Shown in pieces: positions 42,470-51,605 of a stretch of DNA of 64,000 nt. Position 1 is the stretch's first letter. The number at the start of each line of letters is the position of its first letter. The stretch is taken from the NCBI GenBank assembly GCA_965221635.1, contig OZ244902.1, positions 214,029 through 278,028 on the forward strand, read 5' to 3'. Under the pieces are notes generated by a model that had not been told where the DNA came from, did not search any database, and saw only the letters and a list, made by a program, of their open reading frames with translations. Source of the stretch: Candidatus Aldehydirespiratoraceae bacterium. GTDB lineage: Bacteria > Actinomycetota > Acidimicrobiia > Acidimicrobiales > Aldehydirespiratoraceae. The translations under genes were made by a program, and so were the position numbers.

Positions 42470-44862
42470 GACGCACCTCCTTGTGCAGCGGCGATGGTTT
42501 TCCACACGGTTTGGGGCGATGCGGGCATCGCCACGTCGGTCACGCCCAACGGGCGCAAGGCGTCCACGATGGCGTTGATCACGGCAGGCGTGGCGGCAAT
42601 CGTGCCGGCCTCGCCCACACCTTTCACGCCCATCGGGTTGGTCGGGCTGGGCGTGGAATGGCTGCCCAGCCGGTAGCGGGGCGCCTCAGCGGCCGACGGC
42701 ACCAGATAGTCGCCAAGGTTGGCGGTGACAAGCTGGCCGTCGTCGGTGTACACGGCGTCCTCGTAAAGGGCCTGAGCGGCGCCTTGGAGGATCCCGCCGT
42801 GTACCTGGCCTTCCACTATCAGCGGGTTCACCTGCACTCCACAGTCGTCCACGGCCACGTAATCCACCATGGTGGTGTCGCCGGTGTCGGTGTCCACCTC
42901 CACCACCGCAATGTGGGTGCCGTTGGGGAACGTGAAGTTGGGCGGGTCGTAGCTGACGTGCGCCTCAAGGTTGGGTTCCATCCCGTCGGGAAGGTCATGC
43001 GCGGCGAACGCACCGAAGGCGATCTCCGCGAACGCCTTTGCCTCGGTGGGCGTGCCCCGCACCCGGAAGCTGCCATCCACATACTCGAGGTCGTCGGGGT
43101 TGGCCTCAAGTTGGTGAGCGGCGATCAGGCGGGCCTTGTCGAGCACCTTGTCGGTGGCCATGAACACAGCAGTTCCGCCCACCGCCAGCGAACGAGACCC
43201 GTAGGTGTCCATGCCGGTTGGGCTTATCGCCGTGTCCGAATGCAGCACCTCAACGTCATCAGGGTCGATGCCGAGCTTGTCGGCAACGATCATCGACCAG
43301 CACGTCTCGTGGCCCTGACCGTGAGGCGTGGAACCGGTGACAACCTGCACCTTGGCGGTGGGAAGCACCCGAACCGTGGCCGCCTCCCAGCCCCCGGCGC
43401 CGTAACTGAGCGAAGCCAGCACCCGGCTCGGGGCCAGGCCGCACATCTCCACGTAACTGGACAAACCCACGCCGATCTGACGAGACGAACCATCCGCGCG
43501 ACGACGGGCCTGCTCGGCGCGCACGTCGTCGAGCCCGGCGAGCGCCACGGCCTTGTCGAGCACGGCGTGATAGTCGCCGCTGTCGAAAATCAGCCCGGCG
43601 CACGACTCGTAGGGGAACTTGTCCGCCGGAATGAAGTTGCGGGCCCGGATCTCCTCGGGGCTGACTCCCACCTCAACGGCAAGCGAATCCATCGCACGCT
43701 CGATCGCGTAGGTGGCCTCGGGACGACCCGCGCCACGGTAGGCGTCGGTTGGGGTTTTGTTGGTGAACACCGACGTACACACAAACGAGTAGTGCGGGAT
43801 GTCGTAGCACCCGTGATACAGGAACGCCCCCAGCAGCGGAATGCCCGGGGTGACGAGCTGCAGGTAGGCGCCCATGTCGGCAACCAGCTTCACCCGCACC
43901 GCGGACACCTTGCCCGCCGCGTCGGCGGCTAATTCGATGTTCTGCACCTGGCCGCGGCCTTGAATGGTGGCCAGCGCAGCCTCGGCGCGGCTTTCGGTCC
44001 AGCGGACCGGCGCGCCACGCTGCATAGCCAGCGCGCAGCACAGGATCTCCTCGGCGTACACGTTCAGCTTGCAGCCGAAACCGCCGCCCACCGAAGGGGC
44101 CACCACCCGCAGCTTGTGCTCGGGGATGCCCAAGGTGACCGCGGTCATCACCTTGAGAACGTGCGGTATCTGCGTGGCCGAGTACAACGTGAGGTCGCCA
44201 CCAACCGGCGCGGGCACCGCGGCAACACCACGGGGCTCCATCGGCGCCGGGATCAGACGCTGCTGCACGTAACGCTCGCTGATCACCACCTCGGCGGCGT
44301 CAAACGCGGCTTGCACGGCGTCGGCGTCGGGGGTGAGTTCCCACGTGTAGCTCTCGTTGGTGCCCAACGACTCGTGTACCAGCGGGGCGCCCTCGGCCAA
44401 AGCGGCCTCTATGTCCACCACCGCTGGTTTCGGGGCGTACTCCACGGCCACCGCGGCGGCGCCGTCGGCGGCGGCGTAACGCGAATCGGCGAGCACCACC
44501 GCAACGGCGTCGCCCACGTACTTGGCTTCCTCCGTGGCCACGGGCAGGTGCGCCGGGTTGCGCATGTCCGGGGTTACCGGCCAGGCGCAAGGCAGCGCCC
44601 CGCCGCCCCAAAGGTCGGCAAGGTCGGCGCCGCTGAGCACCTCGTTCACGCCGTCGATCGCCAGCGCGGCCGAACCGTCCACCGACACGATCGCGGCGTT
44701 GGCCTCGGTGGAACGCACAACACCCACCCAGATCGCTCCGGGCAGCGCAAGGTCGTCTATGAAGGCGGCCTCGCCGGTGAGCAGCGCGGGGTCCTCACGG
44801 CGCAGGCGCCGAGAACCCACATGGGCCGCAGGCGGGGCTTCGGTGACGGTCATCTCAGCCAC
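42466..44862 (-). CDS. molybdopterin-binding large subunit, CoxL form II-like
   Basis: 798 aa. The active-site loop reads AYRGAGR (form II type) rather than the AYxCSFR loop of bona fide CO dehydrogenases. Confidence 0.85.
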   Translation of the reverse strand: MAEMTVTEAPPAAHVGSRRLRREDPALLTGEAAFIDDLALPGAIWVGVVRSTEANAAIVSVDGSAALAIDGVNEVLSGADLADLWGGGALPCAWPVTPDMRNPAHLPVATEEAKYVGDAVAVVLADSRYAAADGAAAVAVEYAPKPAVVDIEAALAEGAPLVHESLGTNESYTWELTPDADAVQAAFDAAEVVISERYVQQRLIPAPMEPRGVAAVPAPVGGDLTLYSATQIPHVLKVMTAVTLGIPEHKLRVVAPSVGGGFGCKLNVYAEEILCCALAMQRGAPVRWTESRAEAALATIQGRGQVQNIELAADAAGKVSAVRVKLVADMGAYLQLVTPGIPLLGAFLYHGCYDIPHYSFVCTSVFTNKTPTDAYRGAGRPEATYAIERAMDSLAVEVGVSPEEIRARNFIPADKFPYESCAGLIFDSGDYHAVLDKAVALAGLDDVRAEQARRRADGSSRQIGVGLSSYVEMCGLAPSRVLASLSYGAGGWEAATVRVLPTAKVQVVTGSTPHGQGHETCWSMIVADKLGIDPDDVEVLHSDTAISPTGMDTYGSRSLAVGGTAVFMATDKVLDKARLIAAHQLEANPDDLEYVDGSFRVRGTPTEAKAFAEIAFGAFAAHDLPDGMEPNLEAHVSYDPPNFTFPNGTHIAVVEVDTDTGDTTMVDYVAVDDCGVQVNPLIVEGQVHGGILQGAAQALYEDAVYTDDGQLVTANLGDYLVPSAAEAPRYRLGSHSTPSPTNPMGVKGVGEAGTIAATPAVINAIVDALRPLGVTDVAMPASPQTVWKTIAAAQGGAS

Positions 44863-45337
44863 CTCCGTTGTCTGCGCCTGCCACCTCCAGCACGGCGTCG
44901 ACGATGTTCTGATAGCCGGTGCAGCGGCACAGGTTGCCTTCGAGGCCGTGGCGCACGCCGTGCTCGTCGAGGTTCGGGTATTCGTCCACCAGCGAAACCG
45001 CTGCCATCACCATGCCCGGAGTGCAGTATCCGCACTGCAGGCCGTGGTTGGTGTGGAAGGACTGTTGCATCGGGTGCAACTCACCGTCTCCGGAGGCGAG
45101 TCCCTCGATGGTGGTTATGTCGGCGCCGTCGGCTTGCACCGCGAACATGGTGCAGGACTTCACCGAACGGCCGTCCACCAGGATCGTGCAAGCACCGCAA
45201 CTGCTGGAATCGCAGCCGATGTTGGTGCCGGTGAGGCCCATGTCGTCACGCAGGGCATGCACCAGCAACGTGCGGGGCTCGGTGGTGATCGTGCGGTCGG
45301 CGCCGTTGACAGTCATGGTCACGGTGTTCATAGGCAC
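44855..45337 (-). CDS. [2Fe-2S]-binding small subunit (CoxS/CutS-like)
   Basis: CDSSSCGACTILVDG and CGYCTPGM cluster motifs. Confidence 0.9.
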   Translation of the reverse strand: MPMNTVTMTVNGADRTITTEPRTLLVHALRDDMGLTGTNIGCDSSSCGACTILVDGRSVKSCTMFAVQADGADITTIEGLASGDGELHPMQQSFHTNHGLQCGYCTPGMVMAAVSLVDEYPNLDEHGVRHGLEGNLCRCTGYQNIVDAVLEVAGADNGGG

Positions 45338-45451
45338 TCCTCGGTGTGGGGTTTGCGACTTGACGGGCTCTATCTTGTCGCGGCGAACGGCGCCTGTCCA
45401 ACTGTTGCGACCGAAACTGGCCGATGTGGGCCGGGGCGGGCGTCGTGGGGA

Positions 45452-46441
45452 CTACCGATTCGCTTCGGGGATGCGCCTCGAACCCAGCACTGCGCGTGCT
45501 GTGGCAAGGTCGTCGGGGTTGGTGATGCCCACCCAGCGCTGTTCGGTGATCACGGCTCTCACCTCCAGGGCGCCGTCTGCCATCTTTTGGGCGACCACCT
45601 CGGGCAGGATGTACTCGGCGGACGGATCATCGCGGTGGTTGCGCAGGAAATCGTCGAAGCCGTCGGCGATCCAGTCGAGCATCACCGGGGCAAACGCCCA
45701 CAAGTTCATCGACACCACCGTGTGGTCGTGCAACACTCCCGCCGGATTCCGCGAGGCGATCAGGCCGTCTGGGCGGCGGGCCACACCGTGATGTTCCACG
45801 ATGTTGGTGAGCGCACCGTTCGACACTTGGCACACACCCCGGCTCACCGAGCCCTGCGACGGCAGCGTGAGACCCAGCCGGTATCCGCACAAAGCTCCGT
45901 GCGCCACGGGGTCGGGCGCCTGGGCCGGGGAGGCGGGCTCCGGCTCAGTGGGGCCGGCCTGCGTGGTGGGGCCGGCCTGCGTGGTGGGCAGGGCTGCCGC
46001 TAGCAGAGAGAAGGCCGACTCGCCGTAGTAGTCGTCGGCGTTGCAGATCATGAACGGCCCCGACACCACCTCGGCGGCGCTGAGCGCGGCGTGGGCGGTG
46101 CCCCACGGTTTGGCACGCGGCGGGCCGCAGGTGTCCTGGCGCACGTAGGCCACCTCCAAACCGTCCCCCAGGAGGCGCGCATGGTGGGTGTGAACATGGC
46201 TGCGCACATCGGCTTCGATGTCGGTGCGCACCACCAGCACCACCTTCGACGCTCCCGCGTCAACCGCGTCGATGATCGAGTAGTCCAGGAATGTCTGCCC
46301 GTCGGGGCCGACGCTTTCGAGTTGTTTCACCCCGCCGTACCGCGAGCCGAGACCCGCCGCCATCACCACCAACGTCAACACGTGCGGATCCTCCACATCA
46401 CACTGCCACCGGGCACTGACCGAACGGGTCGTGACGGTCAA
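45452..46441 (-). CDS. sugar-phosphate nucleotidyltransferase family protein
   Basis: LVVMAAGLGSRYGGVKQLE (the GxGxR-type NTP-transferase loop). Contains a perfect 18-bp tandem duplication. The start may be internal. Confidence 0.7.
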   Translation of the reverse strand: MTVTTRSVSARWQCDVEDPHVLTLVVMAAGLGSRYGGVKQLESVGPDGQTFLDYSIIDAVDAGASKVVLVVRTDIEADVRSHVHTHHARLLGDGLEVAYVRQDTCGPPRAKPWGTAHAALSAAEVVSGPFMICNADDYYGESAFSLLAAALPTTQAGPTTQAGPTEPEPASPAQAPDPVAHGALCGYRLGLTLPSQGSVSRGVCQVSNGALTNIVEHHGVARRPDGLIASRNPAGVLHDHTVVSMNLWAFAPVMLDWIADGFDDFLRNHRDDPSAEYILPEVVAQKMADGALEVRAVITEQRWVGITNPDDLATARAVLGSRRIPEANR

Positions 46442-46565
46442 CCGGACGCGGCCGCGGCCGGATGCCCGACACCAAACCCGGCTCGCCGCGCACCAACCGA
46501 GACAGCGCGAGTCTCAAGGCCTGGCACAGGGGCACGTCGAACGCCGGACGCACACCTGGGTGGGC

Positions 46566-47171
46566 TCAGCCTTCGAGCAGGTGGCGCACGTGGGAGATCT
46601 CGTTCACCGAACGGACGCTGCGCAGGCCGTTGCTTGAGGCGAGCACCCGGCTGATCCCGCAATAGTCGGCGCGGAGCCGGAAAGGATCCTCCGAACCGAT
46701 CACGGTCTGCAGGTACACCAAGGTGACCATTCCGTGGCAGTACACCACCACCTTGCGTGACCGGTTGGCGGCGATCACCTTCTCGAAGCTCGCCACCACC
46801 CTGTCTCGAAAGGTCTCGTATCCGTCGGGGAACACGCTCTCCATGAAGTCGCCCTCGAAGTACGGCTTCACCGCGGGGTCCTCGGCGTCCATCTCCTCGG
46901 CCGGCACGTACACGTTGCTGCGATGGTCGGACTCTCGCAGGTCGTGAATCGCTTCGATGTCGTAGCCGAGCATCGCCCTGAGCGGCTCGGCGGTCTCCAA
47001 GGCCCGGCGCATCGTGGATGAAACAACGTGATCGATGCCCTCACCGGCCAGGAACTCGGCTGTGGTTTCGGCCTGGCGACGGCCCAGTTCCGCGAGGGGC
47101 GGGTCGGCGTGGGAACCCTCGGGAACCACCTCGCGCACCGGGCGTGCGTGGCGAACGATGAACAACTCCAC
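46566..47171 (-). CDS. histidine phosphatase family protein (phosphoglycerate-mutase-like)
   Basis: N-terminal LFIVRHARP (RHG-type catalytic motif). 201 aa. Confidence 0.8.
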   Translation of the reverse strand: MELFIVRHARPVREVVPEGSHADPPLAELGRRQAETTAEFLAGEGIDHVVSSTMRRALETAEPLRAMLGYDIEAIHDLRESDHRSNVYVPAEEMDAEDPAVKPYFEGDFMESVFPDGYETFRDRVVASFEKVIAANRSRKVVVYCHGMVTLVYLQTVIGSEDPFRLRADYCGISRVLASSNGLRSVRSVNEISHVRHLLEG

Positions 47172-47257
47172 AGCGCGCTGAGGCTACCGCTACGCCATGG
47201 CGGCAGGTTCAGCTCGTGGGAATGCTGATCGGACCGGGCGGTCGGTCGGCGGTTCGA

Positions 47258-48409
47258 TCAGTGGGCGGGATCCATCAGTTGATCCGGGTGAGGCTCCACG
47301 CCAATGCCTGCTGCAGGCTGAATGAGCATGCGGCCATTTTGAATCGGGGGACTCTGGGCCACGTCGCGGGCGAGGAGTTCGGCGGTGGCTAGGCCGTGAG
47401 CGCGAACCGGCCCTGCGGGCGAATCCTTTGGCCGCGAGGACGCCGCCAGCGCATCGGAGGCCGCGGCCACGTGCAGCGCGTGGGACACGCCGATCGCGGA
47501 GTCGATGAAGGAGGTGACCAGCGTCAGAGCACCCGCCTCGGTGGCGCGTTTGATGACCGACATGGCCCGGTCGGGGCCGCCGAGTGCCTGGGGCTTCACC
47601 ATCAGCACCCTCACACCCGCGTCGAGCGTGGCTGCAGCATCGGCGGGTGTGCGCATTGACTCGTCCACCGCCACTGTTGCCCCGGTGTCATGGCCGACCG
47701 CGGCGATGGCCTCAATCCCGGACACCGGTTCCTCACAGAAGGCGATGTGCGCCGGTTCGGTGGCGCGCAACACCGTGACCGCGGTTTGGTGATTCCAAGC
47801 GCCGTTGGCGTCGAGACGCAGCTCAGCCGCCTGGCCCATGCCGCGCCTGGCGGCCAACACTCGCTCGATGTCCTCCTCGGGGGTTGCTGCGCCCACCTTG
47901 AGCTTCACCGCTCCAAACCCCGAGGACACGGCTTGGGCGCTTTGGCGTTGCACCTCCTGTGGGCTTGCCGAGGTGATCAGCGCGTTCACGGCCACCGAGG
48001 CAGGCGGCCCGGTGGGGGCATCGATACAGCCAGTGGCGGGGCGTGAGTGCGCCTTGAGCAGGTGTTCGGCGAGGGTCGTGGAACTTTCTCGTGCAGCCAG
48101 GTCGTTGAGCGCGCCCACCAGCGCGGCCCTGGCATGGGCGAACCCCTCGAGGGAGTTGACAGCGTCGCTCACGGCTGCCTCGCCGTCGTTGTTGACCTTC
48201 TCAAGCGCGGCGGCGAGCGCCTCGGAGGTTTGCACCACCGTGGACTTCGACCATCCCGGCAACGGGCATGCCTCACCCCAACCGGTATGGCCTCCCCGTG
48301 AGCAAGCCACAAGGAATCCCGCACGGAAGCGAACCGACACTGAACCCGTCACCAGCGGCGCCCGCAGCGGCAGGCGGAACGGATGCATCTCGCAGCGCAA
48401 TTCGTTCAT
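47258..48409 (-). CDS. menC: o-succinylbenzoate synthase (enolase superfamily)
   Basis: Enolase-superfamily blocks FGAVKLKVG and LRLDANGAW. Positioned downstream of menF-menD-menH. Confidence 0.75.
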   Translation of the reverse strand: MNELRCEMHPFRLPLRAPLVTGSVSVRFRAGFLVACSRGGHTGWGEACPLPGWSKSTVVQTSEALAAALEKVNNDGEAAVSDAVNSLEGFAHARAALVGALNDLAARESSTTLAEHLLKAHSRPATGCIDAPTGPPASVAVNALITSASPQEVQRQSAQAVSSGFGAVKLKVGAATPEEDIERVLAARRGMGQAAELRLDANGAWNHQTAVTVLRATEPAHIAFCEEPVSGIEAIAAVGHDTGATVAVDESMRTPADAAATLDAGVRVLMVKPQALGGPDRAMSVIKRATEAGALTLVTSFIDSAIGVSHALHVAAASDALAASSRPKDSPAGPVRAHGLATAELLARDVAQSPPIQNGRMLIQPAAGIGVEPHPDQLMDPAH

Positions 48410-49342
48410 CTACACACCCCTGAAGTCGTGGGAACCTGGCGAGATCAGGACTGTGGCATCGCTTGGCTGGTTGCCGCGTGTGGCCATGGGGAGTTCTGCT
48501 TCGCACCTGTTGACGAATGCAGCGATCGCCTGCGCGGTGTGGTGGGGGCGTTCCACGTGGGCGGCGTGACCGGCGCCCTCGATGGTGGTGACCGTTGCGT
48601 TGCGAAGCCCGGCTTCGAGCTCCACGGCGATCCTGCGGAACTTCGGGTCTTGCTCGCCCACCACCACCAGCACGGGGCGGTCGATCACTTCGAGACGGTC
48701 GTGCAAGGGTGTCATCGAACCGGTGCCCGCGGCCCGGAGGCTGCACGCCAGGCCTTGCGGGTTGTTGGCAAGGCGTTGCGCTCGGGCTTGTTGCTGATGG
48801 TCGTTGCCGAGCGCGGCTTGCCCGGCGAAGAGCGGGTTGGCCATCCAGCCATCCACGAAACCCTCAAAATCGTTTGTGACCTGTTGGGCCAAGGCTTCAT
48901 CGGCGCCACGGCGGCGCTTGCGTTCGGCCGGGTCGGCGATGCCGGGCGTTGCCCCGATGAGCGTCAGTGACCGCAGCACGCCGGGATTGGCCACCGCTGC
49001 GGTGAGCGCCACTCGCGCCCCCATCGAATAGCCGACCAGGTGAAACGTGCGCCAGGCGAGATCGGCACCAATTTGGCATATGTGGCCGGCCATGGCGCTC
49101 ACCGTGTAGCGGGACAAGTCCTCGGGCGCGTCCGAGCGCCCGTGACCCACAAGGTCGGGCGCAGCCACAGTGAATCGACGGCCGGCCAGTCGATGCGTGA
49201 GCGGCTCCATGGCTTGCGCCGAGCCGGTGAAGCCGTGCAGCACCATCACCGGCACCGGGCCTTCGCCGAGCACGTCCACCACGAGATTCACTCCGCCATC
49301 AACGGTCACGGTGCGCGTTGTTGTGGTTACCACTGCGGCCAT
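48410..49342 (-). CDS. menH: alpha/beta hydrolase, probable SHCHC synthase
   Basis: VMVLHGFTGS and the nucleophile elbow LVGYSMGARVAL. Abuts the menC start and lies in a men context. Confidence 0.7.
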   Translation of the reverse strand: MAAVVTTTTRTVTVDGGVNLVVDVLGEGPVPVMVLHGFTGSAQAMEPLTHRLAGRRFTVAAPDLVGHGRSDAPEDLSRYTVSAMAGHICQIGADLAWRTFHLVGYSMGARVALTAAVANPGVLRSLTLIGATPGIADPAERKRRRGADEALAQQVTNDFEGFVDGWMANPLFAGQAALGNDHQQQARAQRLANNPQGLACSLRAAGTGSMTPLHDRLEVIDRPVLVVVGEQDPKFRRIAVELEAGLRNATVTTIEGAGHAAHVERPHHTAQAIAAFVNRCEAELPMATRGNQPSDATVLISPGSHDFRGV

Positions 49343-49556
49343 CTCATCACCAGCACATCACCGGCACAACCTTGGGACAGGCTCAGTCCACAGCACCAGT
49401 CGGCAGCGTCGCGGCGCGCTCGCCCGCACCGCTGCGCGAGATCGGCGGGGACTGACCCACCGCACCAGTCCCAGGCATGGATGCCGGCACTGGTGATCGT
49501 CTGGCGAGGCCTGGTTGGTTTCGCAACACAAGACACCCACCTATGGGGACGGCAAT

Positions 49557-51599
49557 TCATCGGGCTTGGGCGGTGGACATCTGTTGTTGCACCCCAGACG
49601 TGACTGCCGCGGTTAGCGAGCGGCGCTGGGTTACGTCGGCTTCGGGGTCGACGGGGACTATCACCAGGTCGACTCCGGGTTGACGGGTGGTGAGCGACGA
49701 CTTCAGCGCGGCCTCCAGCGTTGAGGCATCGGTGGCGGTCACCGCGCGGATGCCGCCGAAACCGTGCAGGTCCACGAAACGCAAACCGTGCGGAGTGTGA
49801 AACAGCCGCCGGAAGTCAGTTTGGTTGAGACGTTTTGCTATTGGCAGCAACGAGAAGATCTCGCCGCCGTCGTTGTCCACGCACACCACGGTGAGGTGCA
49901 AGCCGAGACGTTCCGCTGCGGTCAGGCCGCCCAGGTCGTGCAACAGAGCCAGGTCGCCGGTGTACAACACCACCGGAACCGACGGATCGGCCGCTGCCAG
50001 ACCCAACGCTGTGGACGGGACGCCATCGATCCCGGCGGCGCCACGGTTGGCCACCACCGACAGCGCGGCTGTGTGATGAATGAAAGCGTCGAGATCGCGC
50101 ACCGGCATCGAGTTGGAAGCAAACAACACCGCCCGTGGTGCGTGCTCGTGAAGGGTGGCGACCATCGTGCGCGCCACTTGTGCCGACAGCATCGGCCCGC
50201 GGTCAACGGCCTGGGCGACCAACTTGCGAGCCGTGGCGTCGGCGTCTTGCCACGCATTCCGCCACGCCAAACGGCGCTCGTCGTGACGCCAGGCGGGAGT
50301 CTTCACCGGGGCGGGTGGCGCAGATCCGGAGGACGCGGTGCGAGTGTCGCCAACGCCAACACGGCCAGCCGGTTCAGTCGTCGGTTCAGTAACTGGCTCG
50401 GTCGTGCGCTGGGTGACGCGTGCGAGCACTGTGTCAACCGAGGCCGCTACGTGGCCGGTGAGGCGGAACACGGCGGTCTCCCAGCGATCCTCCGGGTCGA
50501 TCAGCACGACGTGTTCTGGGCGGGTGCGCTCCAGCCACAGGCGGACCGGTTTGGTTGTGACAGGGCGTCCAACCAGCAACGCCACGTCCGGGCGCATCTC
50601 GTGGCCGGAGCCATGGTCTGCCAGCAGATGATCCGCGGTGGCGACCACACCGGAGGCGCCACGCACACCCGACAGGGGATCTGCGATCACGGGCCACCCC
50701 GCCCAAGCGGCCAGTTCAACCGTGGCGTCGGCCCATTCGCGCTCGCGGCCTAGGCCACCTCCGGGCCACGGCCCGGCCACAACCACACCACGGTGATGGC
50801 GAGCCACGACCTCAATCAAGCCGGCTGCATCGGCTGCCGGTAGATCCGAAGAACCTTGGGGACCCTCATTTTGGGTGATTTGGGGGTGACGATGGCCGGC
50901 GCTCGTTGACCATGTTTCCGATACTGGTTCGAGGGGTTCGCGCAGGGGCCAGTTGACATGCACTGGGCCCGGATCGGCGCCTGTGGCTGCCTCAAGGGCT
51001 TTGGTGGCGTGCTCGGATGCTGTGGACGGGGTGATCTCCGATGCGACAGGAACATCAACTGCGAGTCGCACGGCCGTGCCGTACAGGTTGATCTGGTTGA
51101 TGGTCTGGGGGGCGCCCCAGCCGGAACGCAACTCGGGCGGCCTGTCTGCCGTGCAAACGATCAACGGCACACCGCCGTGGCTTGCCTCGATCACCGCCGG
51201 CAGGTAGTTGGCCGCCGCGGTGCCCGAGGTACACACAAGCACAGCGGGCCGCCCGGTGGCCCTGCCAAGCCCGAGGGCGAAGAACCCGGCGCTGCGCTCG
51301 TCGAGCTGGATCCAGGTGGTGAGCCCCGGCTGACTGTCGAAGCTGAGCGTGAGCGGCGTGGAACGCGAGCCTGGGCTGATCACCACATCGGTCACGCCGA
51401 GGTGCGCCAGCCGCGACGCGAATGCCGCAATCGGGTCGTACACCGGATCGGCGGTGGCCTCGGCGTGGGCGCCCTGAGCCCGGGCCCGACCACGTTGAGA
51501 GCGGCCGGAGTCTTCGGGCTGGGGCGCGTCCTTGGAACCTTCAGCATCCATGGCCGGCTGGTGGTAGCGCTCGGAACCAGAGGATTTTGGCGCGCTCAT
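49557..51599 (-). CDS. menD: SEPHCHC synthase (ThDP-dependent)
   Basis: ThDP-enzyme layout: VVISPGSRSTPL, CTSGTAAANYLPAV, and GDLALLHDLGGL...VVCVDNDGGEIF. Confidence 0.85.
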   Translation of the reverse strand: MSAPKSSGSERYHQPAMDAEGSKDAPQPEDSGRSQRGRARAQGAHAEATADPVYDPIAAFASRLAHLGVTDVVISPGSRSTPLTLSFDSQPGLTTWIQLDERSAGFFALGLGRATGRPAVLVCTSGTAAANYLPAVIEASHGGVPLIVCTADRPPELRSGWGAPQTINQINLYGTAVRLAVDVPVASEITPSTASEHATKALEAATGADPGPVHVNWPLREPLEPVSETWSTSAGHRHPQITQNEGPQGSSDLPAADAAGLIEVVARHHRGVVVAGPWPGGGLGREREWADATVELAAWAGWPVIADPLSGVRGASGVVATADHLLADHGSGHEMRPDVALLVGRPVTTKPVRLWLERTRPEHVVLIDPEDRWETAVFRLTGHVAASVDTVLARVTQRTTEPVTEPTTEPAGRVGVGDTRTASSGSAPPAPVKTPAWRHDERRLAWRNAWQDADATARKLVAQAVDRGPMLSAQVARTMVATLHEHAPRAVLFASNSMPVRDLDAFIHHTAALSVVANRGAAGIDGVPSTALGLAAADPSVPVVLYTGDLALLHDLGGLTAAERLGLHLTVVCVDNDGGEIFSLLPIAKRLNQTDFRRLFHTPHGLRFVDLHGFGGIRAVTATDASTLEAALKSSLTTRQPGVDLVIVPVDPEADVTQRRSLTAAVTSGVQQQMSTAQAR

Positions 51600-51605
51600 G
51601 AACGT

